A stretch of DNA of 64,000 nt, taken from contig JBGARZ010000002.1 of NCBI GenBank assembly GCA_044229975.1, positions 672,001-736,000 of the forward strand, given 5' to 3'. The position numbers were made by a program, and so were the translations under genes. Numbering within the stretch: the stretch's first letter is position 1; each line of letters starts with the position of its first letter. The notes beneath the pieces are model-generated. The model did no database searches and was not told the origin of the DNA. It saw only the letters and a list, made by a program, of their open reading frames with translations. Positions 20,127 through 30,262 of this stretch are shown piece by piece. Source of the stretch: Polyangiales bacterium (GTDB taxonomy: Bacteria > Myxococcota_A > Polyangia > Polyangiales > Ga0077539).

Positions 20127-22136
20127 TCAGTACTCCGCGCGCAGCCCGAGGTTGGGCGTGATGGGCAGACCCGTCACGTAGCTGCTGCGACGACGATCCC
20201 ACGCGTAGAGCCGCGACTCGGCGTTGGCCTGGTTGGTCGTGTTGAGCACCTCGGCGATGAACTGCATCCGCAGCGGCCCCCATCGAAACCGCTTCGCTGC
20301 CCGCAGATCGAGCGACCATGTATCGGGCAAGCGACCGTCCCTCCGCGGGTCGACCCACGTCAGCGCCACGTCGTGATCGCTGTCGACGAGCGCGCCCGTC
20401 ACCACCGGCTCGGGCAGGCCAGACGCCCACCGCAGCCGCGCGCCCACCTCCCAGCCGCGCGGCAGCACCGCCCCCAGGATCAACGACAGGAGGTGCGGCT
20501 GATCCCACGTCGACGGCCGCCACGCGAGGCCCAGCGCGTCGCGTCGCTCGGCCCGCTGGTACGTGTACGAGAGCCACCCGTAGAGCGGCAGACGGCCCGC
20601 GCGCAGCCGCAGCCACCACTCGCCGCCGACCACCCGCGCCGACCCGATGTTGGCGAAGCGCTCCGGCGTCTCCACCCCGTCGCGAAGCACCGTGCGCGAC
20701 GTCGGCGCGGCCACGTCGTCGCCCCACTTCACGAACGCATCGGCCGTCAGCTCAAGCGCACCCGGCACGACGTCGATCTGCATGCCGATCGTCCCGTGCC
20801 ACCAGCGCTCGGGGCCGAGGTCGGGGTTGCCGAAGCCCGGGATCACCCGGTAGCCGCGCGGAATGGAGCTGTACGAGCCGAACGCGCCGCGCACCCCGAG
20901 TCGTGGATGGGCCCGCCAGAGACCCGACACGCGCGGGTCGACCGTGAGCGCATCGGCGCGAGAGAAGTGATCGACGCGAACGCCCAGCAGCGCACGCCAC
21001 CGACGCTGATCGTCGAGCTCGATCTCGACGTGCCCCGCCGGGTTGAAGAAGCCGCGCGTGCCCTGGTAGCGCGCGAGCCCGGTGGCTCCCGTCGGGTCGG
21101 TGATGCCGTCGGCGCTGAGCGGCGGCGCGGCGAGCGTGGCGTCGGTCTCGCCCAGGAGGACATCGACGCCCGCGAAGAGGCGCGCCCAGCGACCGAGGCG
21201 CACCTCCGCTTCATCACGCAACGAGAGCTGCCGCGTCGTGATGAGGTAGCGGATGGTGCTGCCCGCCGAGACATCGGAGTCCGTCATCGAGGCCGCGAAG
21301 GAGAGGGAGTGTTGTGTTCCGCCCGCCCATCGATGGCGCCAGCGGGCCTGCGCGCCGTGGAACGAGATGGCGCTCCCCGACGACCCGCGCACGTTGGGGT
21401 CGTTGGCGTCGGGCGCGTCGAAGGACACCCCCAGCGCATCGTCGCTACCCGACACCACGAGGCGGATGCTGTCCGCCTCGGTGGGGTCGGCGTCATACAC
21501 GGCCTGGTAATCCCAGTAGCGCGGGAGCTGGGTGAAGCCGGCGCCGAGATCGACGAGCCCGAGCCACGCGTCGACGTAGCTGCGGCGCACCCCGATGGCG
21601 AGCGAGCTGCGGCGGCCGATGGGCACGGACGCGTAGGCCCCGGCGTCGATGAGGTCGACGTCGACGGTGACGTGAGGATGGTCACGCGCCGGAGCGCGGA
21701 GCGTGACGTTGACCACACCGCCCGCGACGCGACCCCAGCGGGCGGAGAAGTTGCCGGGCAGCACCTCGATGCGGTCGATGAGGTCGGTCGCGAGCGTGGT
21801 GGCGAGGCCGTAGAAGTGAAACGGCAGGCCGAAGGGCTGCGACTCCAACGTGACGAGAGAGTCCTCCGGGTCCGACGCGCGGAGGATGAACGCACCGAGG
21901 CCGAAGGAGGGTCGACCGACGCCGGGGAGGTTCTGCACCGCGAGGAGCGCGTCGCCGCGGGTGCCGGGCATGCGCTGCATCTCGGCGGTGTCGAGCTCGC
22001 GGCGGTGGATCTCCCGCGCGCGCGCCCTCGACCGCACCGTCGCCTCGGGCGGGTCGTCGTTGGTGGGGGTTCGCTCCTGGGCCGCGGCGGGAGCAGCGAC
22101 CAGGAGTGTAGCGAGCGCGACCCTCAGCCGTCCCAC
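20127..22136 (-). CDS. TonB-dependent outer-membrane receptor (myxobacterial type)
   Basis: Signal peptide; plug MPGTRGD.L.AVQNLPGV, PGNFSARWGR; barrel motifs GNPDLGPE, DQPH.L; C-terminal LGLRAEY. Confidence 0.85.
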   Translation of the reverse strand: MGRLRVALATLLVAAPAAAQERTPTNDDPPEATVRSRARAREIHRRELDTAEMQRMPGTRGDALLAVQNLPGVGRPSFGLGAFILRASDPEDSLVTLESQPFGLPFHFYGLATTLATDLIDRIEVLPGNFSARWGRVAGGVVNVTLRAPARDHPHVTVDVDLIDAGAYASVPIGRRSSLAIGVRRSYVDAWLGLVDLGAGFTQLPRYWDYQAVYDADPTEADSIRLVVSGSDDALGVSFDAPDANDPNVRGSSGSAISFHGAQARWRHRWAGGTQHSLSFAASMTDSDVSAGSTIRYLITTRQLSLRDEAEVRLGRWARLFAGVDVLLGETDATLAAPPLSADGITDPTGATGLARYQGTRGFFNPAGHVEIELDDQRRWRALLGVRVDHFSRADALTVDPRVSGLWRAHPRLGVRGAFGSYSSIPRGYRVIPGFGNPDLGPERWWHGTIGMQIDVVPGALELTADAFVKWGDDVAAPTSRTVLRDGVETPERFANIGSARVVGGEWWLRLRAGRLPLYGWLSYTYQRAERRDALGLAWRPSTWDQPHLLSLILGAVLPRGWEVGARLRWASGLPEPVVTGALVDSDHDVALTWVDPRRDGRLPDTWSLDLRAAKRFRWGPLRMQFIAEVLNTTNQANAESRLYAWDRRRSSYVTGLPITPNLGLRAEY

Positions 22137-22831
22137 GGAGACCGCTCGGCGCGCGCGATCGATCCCTCACGATCGACCCTCCACCACGATGCGCCGTCGA
22201 CCCTGATCCAGAGGTTGTCCTGGTAGGTGGTCATCACCGGCATCGCGGCGCGCGCTCGCTCGGCGATGGTGCGGACGGAGGTTCCGCCGTCGGCCGACAC
22301 CTGCACCATGCCGCGAACGCTCGACCACGCGACCACCCGTCCGAGCACGGCCACGTCGACGAGCATGTCGCCCACGTCGCGTCGGGTGCGCCAGGTCTGC
22401 CCGCGGTCGTTGGAAGTCCAGACCGTTCCGTTGGTGCCGACCGTCGCGCCGAAGCCGCTCGCGTCGTCGAAGGCCATGGCACGCGGCGACTGCGAGCCGT
22501 CCCACCGCGCCGCCGACCAGTGCCCGCCGCGGTCGTCGGTAAACACCAGCCCGCTGTCGATGGCCGCGAAGACGCGCTCACCGAGGTTGGCGAAGTTGTG
22601 GATCTGCGTCGTGCCGAAATCCACCGGCGGCGCCATGCCGTGCAGGCTCCAGGTCACCTGCGACAGGCGCTGCGGAACGCCGACCAACGCGAACAGCGGC
22701 GACGGCTCGCGGTGCGCCGAGATGCCCTGACCGAGCGCGACGTCGGCGGGCGTCGTGCCCCAGCCGATGGCCCACGCGGTCGTCCCACCGAGCAAGCACG
22801 CGCCCATCACCGCCCAGGCCATGGTCTTCAT
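22124..22831 (-). CDS. Secreted BNR/Asp-box repeat protein
   Basis: Start MKTMAWAVMGACLL at 22831; Asp-box repeats TDDRGGHW, SNDRGQTW, SADGGTS. Confidence 0.75.
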   Translation of the reverse strand: MKTMAWAVMGACLLGGTTAWAIGWGTTPADVALGQGISAHREPSPLFALVGVPQRLSQVTWSLHGMAPPVDFGTTQIHNFANLGERVFAAIDSGLVFTDDRGGHWSAARWDGSQSPRAMAFDDASGFGATVGTNGTVWTSNDRGQTWRTRRDVGDMLVDVAVLGRVVAWSSVRGMVQVSADGGTSVRTIAERARAAMPVMTTYQDNLWIRVDGASWWRVDREGSIARAERSPWDG

Positions 22832-22865
22832 GATCGCTGACGGTAGCGCCGCAGCGGTCCTGTCG

Positions 22866-24287
22866 TCACGGCGCGGACGACGGCTTGACCCACGCGGCGT
22901 CGACCGCCAGCGCGGGCATCGGCACGGGCACCGGCGGCGCGGGCATCGCAGGCACGACGGGCACGGCGATCGACGGCGCGGGCAGCACGGTCGGCTCAGA
23001 CCGACGTCGATGCGACCGCGGTGAGTCGTCCTCGACGTCGAAGTAGCCTCCGATGGCGGCGAGCACGACCAGGGCACCGAGCACCACCAGGGCCGGAACC
23101 GCCGCCATCCACCAGCGCGGTCGGGAGCTCGGCGCGGGCGCAGGCGGCCGCTGCGAGTACGCCAACGGAACCGCGGGCTGACCCGTGATGGTGATGGGCC
23201 CCATCGGCGCGCGGGGCGCGTGGAGGACGTCCTGCGTGGGCGTCGACGCCATCGGGGAGACAGGCACCTGCGGCAGCGGCAACGTGCTGGGGCTGCCCGT
23301 CGGCGCGAGCGCGGGCCGCGTCTCCGGACCGTGACCGGGTGCGGTGACGGCAGGCGGGATCGAGCTGCGCGGGAAGAGGGACGAGAACGCCGACGCGAGC
23401 GCCGCACCGAGCTCGGCACCGCTCTGGAAGCGGGCGGCCGGGTCGCGCACGATGCACCGCGAGAGCCACGGGTCGAGCGCCAACGGGATGTCATCGGCGA
23501 CACCCAGCTCGCGCGCGCGCTCCGAGGCGGGCGGGAGGCGCTCGCGTTCGAGCTCGGCGAGCAGCATCGCCATGTCGAGCTCACGACCGCTCGCGCCGCG
23601 CCAGTAGAAGCGCCCCGTGAGGAGGCGGAAGGCGATGAGCCCGACGGCCCACACGTCCGTCGCGGGCGTGAGTTCGGCGGTGGTGTTCTGCTCGGGCGCC
23701 ATCCAGAGGGGTGTGCCGATGGCCGTGGTGACGTTTTGCGACGACTGCGAGGGGTTGAGGAGCTTCGCGATGCCGAAGTCGAGCACCTTCAGCGTGAAGC
23801 CCGACGAGCCGTCCGCATGGGGAATGAGGAACAGGTTCTCGGGCTTCAGGTCGCGGTGCACCACGTTGCGCGCATGCGCCGCGGCGAGCGCGCTACAGAG
23901 CTGGCGCAGCACCTCGTGGGCGTCCGACGGCGCGAGCCCCCTGCCCCGCCCGATGCGCGTGAGGCGCGCGGCGACGGTCTCGCCTTCCAGCAGCTCCATG
24001 GCGAGGTAGGGGATGCCCCGCTCCTCGTCGACGCCCGCGTCGTAGACCTCGACGATGTGCTCGCTCGCGATCATCGAGCCCAGCCGCGCCTCCTGCGCGA
24101 AGCGACCGCGGCTCTTGGCGTCGGCGACGTAGCGCGGGTGCATCACCTTGAGCGCCATGCGTCGCCCGGTGCCCTCGTGCAGCACGACGTAGAGCGCGCC
24201 CATCCCGCCCTGCGCGAGCTTGCGCTCGACGCGGTAGCGCCCCCCGATGAGGCTGCCGTCCGGGATCTGGTACGCGCTGACGGTCAC
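22866..24287 (-). CDS. Membrane Ser/Thr protein kinase with Pro-rich tail
   Basis: GTG at 24287 overlaps the xth stop (GTGA); LAQGGMGALY, MALK, HRDLKPEN, DFG, GTPLWMAPE; TM WWMAAVPALVVLGALVVLAAIG. Confidence 0.92.
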   Translation of the reverse strand: MTVSAYQIPDGSLIGGRYRVERKLAQGGMGALYVVLHEGTGRRMALKVMHPRYVADAKSRGRFAQEARLGSMIASEHIVEVYDAGVDEERGIPYLAMELLEGETVAARLTRIGRGRGLAPSDAHEVLRQLCSALAAAHARNVVHRDLKPENLFLIPHADGSSGFTLKVLDFGIAKLLNPSQSSQNVTTAIGTPLWMAPEQNTTAELTPATDVWAVGLIAFRLLTGRFYWRGASGRELDMAMLLAELERERLPPASERARELGVADDIPLALDPWLSRCIVRDPAARFQSGAELGAALASAFSSLFPRSSIPPAVTAPGHGPETRPALAPTGSPSTLPLPQVPVSPMASTPTQDVLHAPRAPMGPITITGQPAVPLAYSQRPPAPAPSSRPRWWMAAVPALVVLGALVVLAAIGGYFDVEDDSPRSHRRRSEPTVLPAPSIAVPVVPAMPAPPVPVPMPALAVDAAWVKPSSAP

Positions 24288-25063
24288 AGGTCGAGCTCGA
24301 GCGAGACCGGGCAGTGGTCGCTGCCCTTCTGGTCGGGGTGGATCTGCGCGTCCTTCACCTTCGAGACGAAGCCTTCGCTCACGAGGAAGATGTCGATGCG
24401 CCAGCCGACGTTCTTGGCGCGCGCCGCGCCGCGCTGCGACCACCAGGTGTAGAGCGACTTCTCGCCGGGGTGACGGTCGCGGAAGACGTCCCTCATCCCG
24501 GCCGCGAGGTAGCCCTGGAAGTCTTCGCGCTCCTCGTTGGTAAACCCCGGATTGGTGCGGTTGGTCTTCGGGTTGGCGAGGTCGATCTCCTCGGGCGCGA
24601 CGTTCATGTCGCCGACCACCACGACGTTCTCCCCGCGGGCGATGCGGGCCTTCATGTTGGCGGCGAGGTCCTGCGCGAAGGCCCGCTTGTAGGGCATGCG
24701 AACGAGCCCCGTCGACGCGTTGGGGAAGTACCCCGCGATGAACGTGAACCCCATGCCCTCGCTGACGATGAGCCGCCCCTCGACGTCGTACGCCTCCGTA
24801 CCAACCCCCTGGGTGTGCTTGAAGCCGAGGCCCTTGCGGGTGAGCGTGGCCGAGCCCGAGTAGCCCTTCTTCGAGCGCGCCGGAAACCAGCTCACGTCGT
24901 GCTTGCGGGTGAGCTCGTCGCGCGTGGCGAAGTCGAGCTCCTCCCACTCCACGCGAATCTCCTGGAGCGAGAGCACGTCGGGCTTCGTCGCGTCGAACCA
25001 ATCGAGAAACCCCGACTTGAGCGACGAGCGGAAGCCGTTGACGTTCCAACTGACGATCTTCAT
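24284..25063 (-). CDS. xth: Exodeoxyribonuclease III (AP endonuclease)
   Basis: [47 protein letters not shown]. Confidence 0.96.
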   Translation of the reverse strand: MKIVSWNVNGFRSSLKSGFLDWFDATKPDVLSLQEIRVEWEELDFATRDELTRKHDVSWFPARSKKGYSGSATLTRKGLGFKHTQGVGTEAYDVEGRLIVSEGMGFTFIAGYFPNASTGLVRMPYKRAFAQDLAANMKARIARGENVVVVGDMNVAPEEIDLANPKTNRTNPGFTNEEREDFQGYLAAGMRDVFRDRHPGEKSLYTWWSQRGAARAKNVGWRIDIFLVSEGFVSKVKDAQIHPDQKGSDHCPVSLELDL

Positions 25064-25095
25064 GGGCGCGGACGATAGCGGTAGGCTGCCGCCCC
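25064..25095. promoter_or_regulatory. Back-to-back putative -10 elements for divergent leaderless transcripts (xth / monooxygenase-reductase)
   Basis: TATCGT on the minus strand (25077-25072) and TAGGCT on the plus strand (25082-25087), each exactly 8 nt from its start codon; no SD. Confidence 0.5.
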
Positions 25096-27351
25096 GTGAA
25101 GGTCATCAGCATCGGCGCCGGGCCCGCGGGCCTCTACTTCAGCATCCTGGCCCGACAACGATTCCCGTCGTGGGACATCACCCTCCTCGAACGCAACGCC
25201 ACCGGCGACACCTTCGGCTGGGGCGTGGTGTTCTCCGACGAGACGCTCGCGCACCTGCTCGACGCCGACCCGCCCACGCACGCGAAGATCACCGACAGCT
25301 TCGCCCACTGGGACGCCATCGACGTGCACGCCCGCGGTGAGAGCTTTCGCTCCGCGGGCCATGGCTTCTCGGGCATCGCGCGCCGTCGCCTGCTCGACAT
25401 CCTCGAAGCGCGCGCCATCGAGCTCGGCGTGAAGATCGAGCACGGCGTCGACCTCTCCAGCCTCGATCGGGTGCGCGAGCTCGCGGGCGAGTGCGACCTG
25501 CTGCTCGGCGCCGACGGCCTGCGCTCCATCGTGCGCTCGGCGTGGCGCGACGACTTCCGCCCGAGCTTCGACGTCCGCAAGTGCCGCTATCTCTGGCTCG
25601 GCACCCCGAAGATCTTCGACGCCTTCACCTTCGCCTTCGCCGACAACGAACACGGGATGTTCCAGGCGCACGCGTACCGCTTCGACGACGGGATGAGCAC
25701 CTTCATCGCCGAGTGCGACGAGGAGACCTTCGCGCGCTCGGGCCTCGGCGACGCGCCCATCGAGGAGACCGTGGCGTACCTCCAGCGGCTCTTCGCGCCG
25801 TGGCTCGATGGTCAACCGCTGCTGGTCAACCGCTCGCAGTGGATCCAGTTCGTGACGGTGCGCAACGAGCACTGGCACCGCGACAACGTCGTGCTCCTCG
25901 GCGACGCCGCGCACACGGCGCACTTCTCCATCGGGTCGGGCACCAAGCTCGCCATCGAAGACTCCATCGCCCTCGTCGACGCCTTCGCGCGATCGGCCTC
26001 ACCCGCCGAGGCGCTCGCCCGCTACGAGCGCGAGCGGCGCCCCATCGTCGAACGCACCCAGAAGGCCGCTCAGGACTCGCTCGTTTGGTTCGAGCAGGCG
26101 CGTCGCTACCGGGCGCTGCCGCCGTGGCAGTTCGCGTTCAGCCTGCTCACGCGCTCCAAGCGCATCACCTTCGAGAGCCTCGGGGTGCGCGACCCCGCCT
26201 TCGCCGACGACATCGCCCGCCGCTTCGCCGCGGATGCCCGCGTCTCCGTCGCGCCCGAGCAGCGACCGCCGCCGCCGATGTTCACGCCCTTCAGGCTGCG
26301 CGAGATGACGCTCGCCAACCGCGTCGTGGTGTCGCCCATGTGCATGTACTCGGCGGTCGACGGAACGCCCACGGACTTCCACCTCGTTCACTACGGCTCG
26401 CTCGCCCAGGGCGGCGCCGGGCTCGTGATGACCGAGATGACCGACGTCTCCGCCGAGGGCCGCATCACCCACGGCTGCGCGGGCATCTACACCGACGCCC
26501 ACACCGCGGCGTGGAAGCGCATCGTCGAGTTCGCGCATGGGGGCAGCGACGCGCGCGTCGGGTTGCAGCTCGGTCACGCCGGCCGCAAGGGCGCGACGAA
26601 GCTGATGTGGGAGGGCATCGATGAGCCGCTGACCGATGGCGGTTGGGAGCTCCTGGCCCCGAGCGCGCTGCCGTACTTCCCGCACAGCCAGACACCGCGA
26701 CCGATGGATCGCGCGGACATGGACCGTGTGATCGCGCAGTACGTCGCGGCGACCAGGCGGGCGGTCGAGGCGGGCTTCGACTTCATCGAGCTGCACCTCG
26801 CGCACGGCTACCTGCTCGCGAGCTTCCTGTCGCCGCTCACCAACCTGCGAACGGACGGCTACGGCGGGTCCATCGAGGCGCGGGCGCGCTTCCCGCTGGA
26901 GGTGTTCGACGCGGTGCGGAGCGCGTGGCCCGAGGCGCGACCGATGGGCGTGCGCGTGTCGGCGACGGACTGGCATCCGCACGGCATCACCGACGACGAC
27001 CTGCGGGCGCTCGCGTCGATGTTGAAGGCCCGCGGCTGCGACATCATCGACGTGTCGAGCGGGCAGACGGTGCCGGAGGGAAAGCCGGTGTTCGGTCGGA
27101 TGTTCCAGACACCGTGGAGCGACCTGGTGCGCAACGAGGTCGGCATCGCGACCATGGCGGTGGGCAACATCCAGGGCGCCGACCAGGTGAACAGCATCCT
27201 CGCATCGGGGCGCGCGGACCTCTGCGTGCTCGCTCGGCCGCACCTCGCCGACCCCTTCTGGACGCTGCACGCCGCGGCGTCACAGGGATGGGACGCGCAG
27301 CGCTGGCCGGTGCAGTACCTCGCCGGTCGAAGCGCCCTGCCCCGCCCGTGA
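25096..27351 (+). CDS. Bifunctional salicylyl-CoA 5-hydroxylase / 2-aminobenzoyl-CoA monooxygenase-reductase type (FAD monooxygenase fused to an Old Yellow Enzyme domain)
   Basis: [40 protein letters not shown] domain [53 protein letters not shown]. Confidence 0.92.
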   Translation: MKVISIGAGPAGLYFSILARQRFPSWDITLLERNATGDTFGWGVVFSDETLAHLLDADPPTHAKITDSFAHWDAIDVHARGESFRSAGHGFSGIARRRLLDILEARAIELGVKIEHGVDLSSLDRVRELAGECDLLLGADGLRSIVRSAWRDDFRPSFDVRKCRYLWLGTPKIFDAFTFAFADNEHGMFQAHAYRFDDGMSTFIAECDEETFARSGLGDAPIEETVAYLQRLFAPWLDGQPLLVNRSQWIQFVTVRNEHWHRDNVVLLGDAAHTAHFSIGSGTKLAIEDSIALVDAFARSASPAEALARYERERRPIVERTQKAAQDSLVWFEQARRYRALPPWQFAFSLLTRSKRITFESLGVRDPAFADDIARRFAADARVSVAPEQRPPPPMFTPFRLREMTLANRVVVSPMCMYSAVDGTPTDFHLVHYGSLAQGGAGLVMTEMTDVSAEGRITHGCAGIYTDAHTAAWKRIVEFAHGGSDARVGLQLGHAGRKGATKLMWEGIDEPLTDGGWELLAPSALPYFPHSQTPRPMDRADMDRVIAQYVAATRRAVEAGFDFIELHLAHGYLLASFLSPLTNLRTDGYGGSIEARARFPLEVFDAVRSAWPEARPMGVRVSATDWHPHGITDDDLRALASMLKARGCDIIDVSSGQTVPEGKPVFGRMFQTPWSDLVRNEVGIATMAVGNIQGADQVNSILASGRADLCVLARPHLADPFWTLHAAASQGWDAQRWPVQYLAGRSALPRP

Positions 27352-27409
27352 CAGAACACGAACCCCCTGTGTTAGCGTTGCTCCGAACCACCCATCGGAG
27401 GGACCGTCC

Positions 27410-27667
27410 ATGCCATCGAACCAAAAGACCTGGGAAAAGATCACGCGCTCCGAGCTCGACGTCCTGAAGTCCAACCTTCGGAGCAAGGGCCTCGTGCCCC
27501 CGACGAGCGACAAGTCCACGCTGCGCGGCCGTGGCGTGACGGCCGACGTCGAGTACGACGAGAAGGCCCAGACCCTCTCGGTCACCATCAAGGAGACCCC
27601 GCCCTTCGTGAGCTACGGGTACGTGTTCGGTCTGCTCGACGAAGAGATCAAGAAGGTCGATCGCTGA
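27410..27667 (+). CDS. Small hypothetical protein (85 aa)
   Basis: SD GGAGG upstream; Lys-rich, C/G-ending codons; fills the gap between two genes. Confidence 0.7.
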   Translation: MPSNQKTWEKITRSELDVLKSNLRSKGLVPPTSDKSTLRGRGVTADVEYDEKAQTLSVTIKETPPFVSYGYVFGLLDEEIKKVDR

Positions 27668-27724
27668 CCTCGATCTCCCCGCCGTCGACTCTCCTCCCCC
27701 GACTCCCCCCGACCAGCGCCCCGA

Positions 27725-30256
27725 TCAGTTGAAGATTCGACCCTGGGCGAAGGGGTTGAAGCGAAACTCCATGAGCCCGTTGAGCGCCGAGTCGACGACG
27801 TAGAGGCGGTCGACCCCGCGCAGGTGTCGCACCGCGACGGGTAGCGACCCAGCCGGCGTGAAGACGGGCTCGTACGCGTTGGCCAGCGTGAACGCGATCT
27901 GCGTCCCTCGATCGACGGCCAACGCCGCGACCGTGTTCTCCATCGGAAGGGTCGTCAGCGCCGGGAAGATCTGCGTGCACAGGAACGGGTTGGCGAAGAG
28001 CGGCGCGAGCTCACGGCGCAGGGCGCTCTCGCCGGGGACCAACGTCCCCGTGCAGGCGCGCCCGACGGGACAACGCCGCGCGAGCTGCGCGTCGACGTCG
28101 GTCGCCGGCCTGGTGCGGGTGAGCAGGCACTGGCGCGCGTAGCCCTCGACCTCGGCCTCCTTCACGGGGTCGATCTCGCACTCGCGGCCCGCGCCCACGC
28201 GCACCGAGTGCGCGAAGCCCGTCGACAGACCCACGGCGATCCATTGTTGCCCGGCGCGCACGGCGAACTGCACGGCCTGGGGGAAGCACCGCAGCACCGC
28301 GGCGCCGTCGACCACGCCACCCGACGCGCGCAGCACGAGGTGATCTTCGAAGGCCCGATCGATGACGAAGTCGCGGTTGGTGGGCGTCGTCCCCGAACCG
28401 AAGGTCATGGCGCAACCATCGCGATCGGCCGCGAGGGGCGTGGGGTCGCTCACCAGCGTCAGCCAGTCGCGCGCGCGGTCGTTGGCGAGCGCGCCCCGCG
28501 TGCAGAAGAACCCACCGGGCGCGTCGAGGCGGAGCGCACCGGACGCGTCCATGGCGAGCGCGCCGCCCGACTGTTCGAGGCCGGGGATCACGCCTTCGTA
28601 CACGAAGGCCCACGCGTCGTTGCGCGACGTGTACGGATCGGCGGGAACGTCCACGCCGCCCGTCCCGCCGCTCACTTCACGGCGCGGGAGCTCGACGCCG
28701 TAGTTGTTGGTCGCGGTGCACATCGATGTCCCATCGAGCATCCGGGTGTCGGCGCAGGCGAAGGCGGGGGCGCGCGTCGCTTCGAGCGCCTGGCCGGGGA
28801 CGGTCCCGATGAGGGCGGTGACCGCGGGGGCATCCTTCAGCGCGGGCGCCTGCGCGAACGGCCGATCGGTGTTGATGGTGTTGGCCGCGTGGGGAGCGTG
28901 ACGAACGAACCGATATGCCCCGGTGTCACGGCCGCCCGCGGCGGCGCGGCACTGGGCCTCCCAGTTGTCGACGTTGTAGTCGTCGACGTCGATGACCGCG
29001 AGCTGCCCCGTGCGAAGAACGACCCCGACGTAGACCCCGGCGTAGACCCCCTGGCCGGGCGACTGATAGCCCGACGTGCAGCTCGCCGGGACCGTGGGGT
29101 CCGACGAATCGGGGACCTGCGTCGCCGTGTCGTCGTAGGTGGCGGTGTTGATGGCGACGAGCGCCGTCGCCGGGGCGCTGAGCGCGACGCGATCGACGGC
29201 GAGGCCAGGGTTGATGCGGCTCTCCCGCGCGTTGGGCAGCGGGAGGAGATTGGGGCGCACGCGCGCACCACGCGTGAGGTCCCACACGATGACGGCGCCC
29301 TCGTCGGCCGTGGTGAGATAGAGGTAGCGGGTGCGGGCGCAGTGATCGGGGTCTGTCGCCACGTCGCAGGCGTGGGCCCGCTGGCGCGCGATGCCCGTCA
29401 CCACGGCGACGCGGGTGCGGGCACCCACCGCGAGGGGCTCGACCTCAGCGCGTGACGCGACGTCGATGGCGTGGACCCGGTCGAGCGCATCGTCGGTCAC
29501 GTAGACGCGACCGGCTGCGTCGTCGACCGCGAGCGACACCGGATGCGCGGGGACCGCGGCGCCCGCGTCACCCACCACCGCGCCGCCTTGCAGCGTGATG
29601 ACCTGCGGAGCGCCCGGTGCGGCCGCGTCGGTCACGTCGACGAAGGACACGGCCCGCGCCTCGGGCAGCGTGGCGACGAGCAGCCGACGGGTACCCGCTC
29701 GGACGATGACGAGGTCGCGCGGGATTCCGCCGACGGGGATCTCCTGGCGACGCGCCGTGAAGTCGGCTCGCCGGGGGTCGCCGCGAAGGGCCGCGGCGTC
29801 GACCCGCAGCACCCGGTCGCTTCGGCCACTGGCGACGTAGAGGTAGCCGGTGTTCGCTCCCGTGATGGAGTCGCCGATGTCGGCGGTGATGGAGACCGGA
29901 AACTCCCCGACGGGGAGGAAGCTGTAACCCGGCGTCGCGGGGCTGTTGTCGACGAGCGCGACGCCCGACGTGGTGGCGAGGTCGACCACCGCGAGCTCGC
30001 CGCGGTCGAACTGCGGAACCACCGCGTGCAGGTGAAGGGTCGAGTTGGCGCCCGGGCCGTTGTCGGTGTCCGACAGGACGCAGCGCGCCGTCGGGCGCGG
30101 GATGATTCCGGTGGGAGCGAGCTCAAGGCACACCAGCTCGACGTCGGTCGCGCGGACGATGTTGTTGGTATTGCTGATCGCGGGCGTGCTCGCGCAGGCC
30201 GAGGCGATGAGGGAGGCGACGCCGAGGCACGCCGCGCGGAAGGAAGGGTGTCGCAC
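27725..30256 (-). CDS. Large Cys-rich lipoprotein, YncE/beta-propeller-like
   Basis: Lipobox ASAC; propeller-type strands (GELAVVDL, YLYVASG, RVYVTDD, LYVVDS); many Cys. Confidence 0.72.
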   Translation of the reverse strand: MRHPSFRAACLGVASLIASACASTPAISNTNNIVRATDVELVCLELAPTGIIPRPTARCVLSDTDNGPGANSTLHLHAVVPQFDRGELAVVDLATTSGVALVDNSPATPGYSFLPVGEFPVSITADIGDSITGANTGYLYVASGRSDRVLRVDAAALRGDPRRADFTARRQEIPVGGIPRDLVIVRAGTRRLLVATLPEARAVSFVDVTDAAAPGAPQVITLQGGAVVGDAGAAVPAHPVSLAVDDAAGRVYVTDDALDRVHAIDVASRAEVEPLAVGARTRVAVVTGIARQRAHACDVATDPDHCARTRYLYLTTADEGAVIVWDLTRGARVRPNLLPLPNARESRINPGLAVDRVALSAPATALVAINTATYDDTATQVPDSSDPTVPASCTSGYQSPGQGVYAGVYVGVVLRTGQLAVIDVDDYNVDNWEAQCRAAAGGRDTGAYRFVRHAPHAANTINTDRPFAQAPALKDAPAVTALIGTVPGQALEATRAPAFACADTRMLDGTSMCTATNNYGVELPRREVSGGTGGVDVPADPYTSRNDAWAFVYEGVIPGLEQSGGALAMDASGALRLDAPGGFFCTRGALANDRARDWLTLVSDPTPLAADRDGCAMTFGSGTTPTNRDFVIDRAFEDHLVLRASGGVVDGAAVLRCFPQAVQFAVRAGQQWIAVGLSTGFAHSVRVGAGRECEIDPVKEAEVEGYARQCLLTRTRPATDVDAQLARRCPVGRACTGTLVPGESALRRELAPLFANPFLCTQIFPALTTLPMENTVAALAVDRGTQIAFTLANAYEPVFTPAGSLPVAVRHLRGVDRLYVVDSALNGLMEFRFNPFAQGRIFN

Positions 30257-30262
30257 CGGGCG

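Noticed and set aside
22866..25112. Apparent long N-terminal extensions or fusions in track ORFs (22866..25112, 39803..41494, 59930..61531, 10169..12220, 17878..19242)
   Set aside because: The extensions overlap neighbouring real genes in other frames. Internal starts, several with stop/start overlaps, explain the true proteins.
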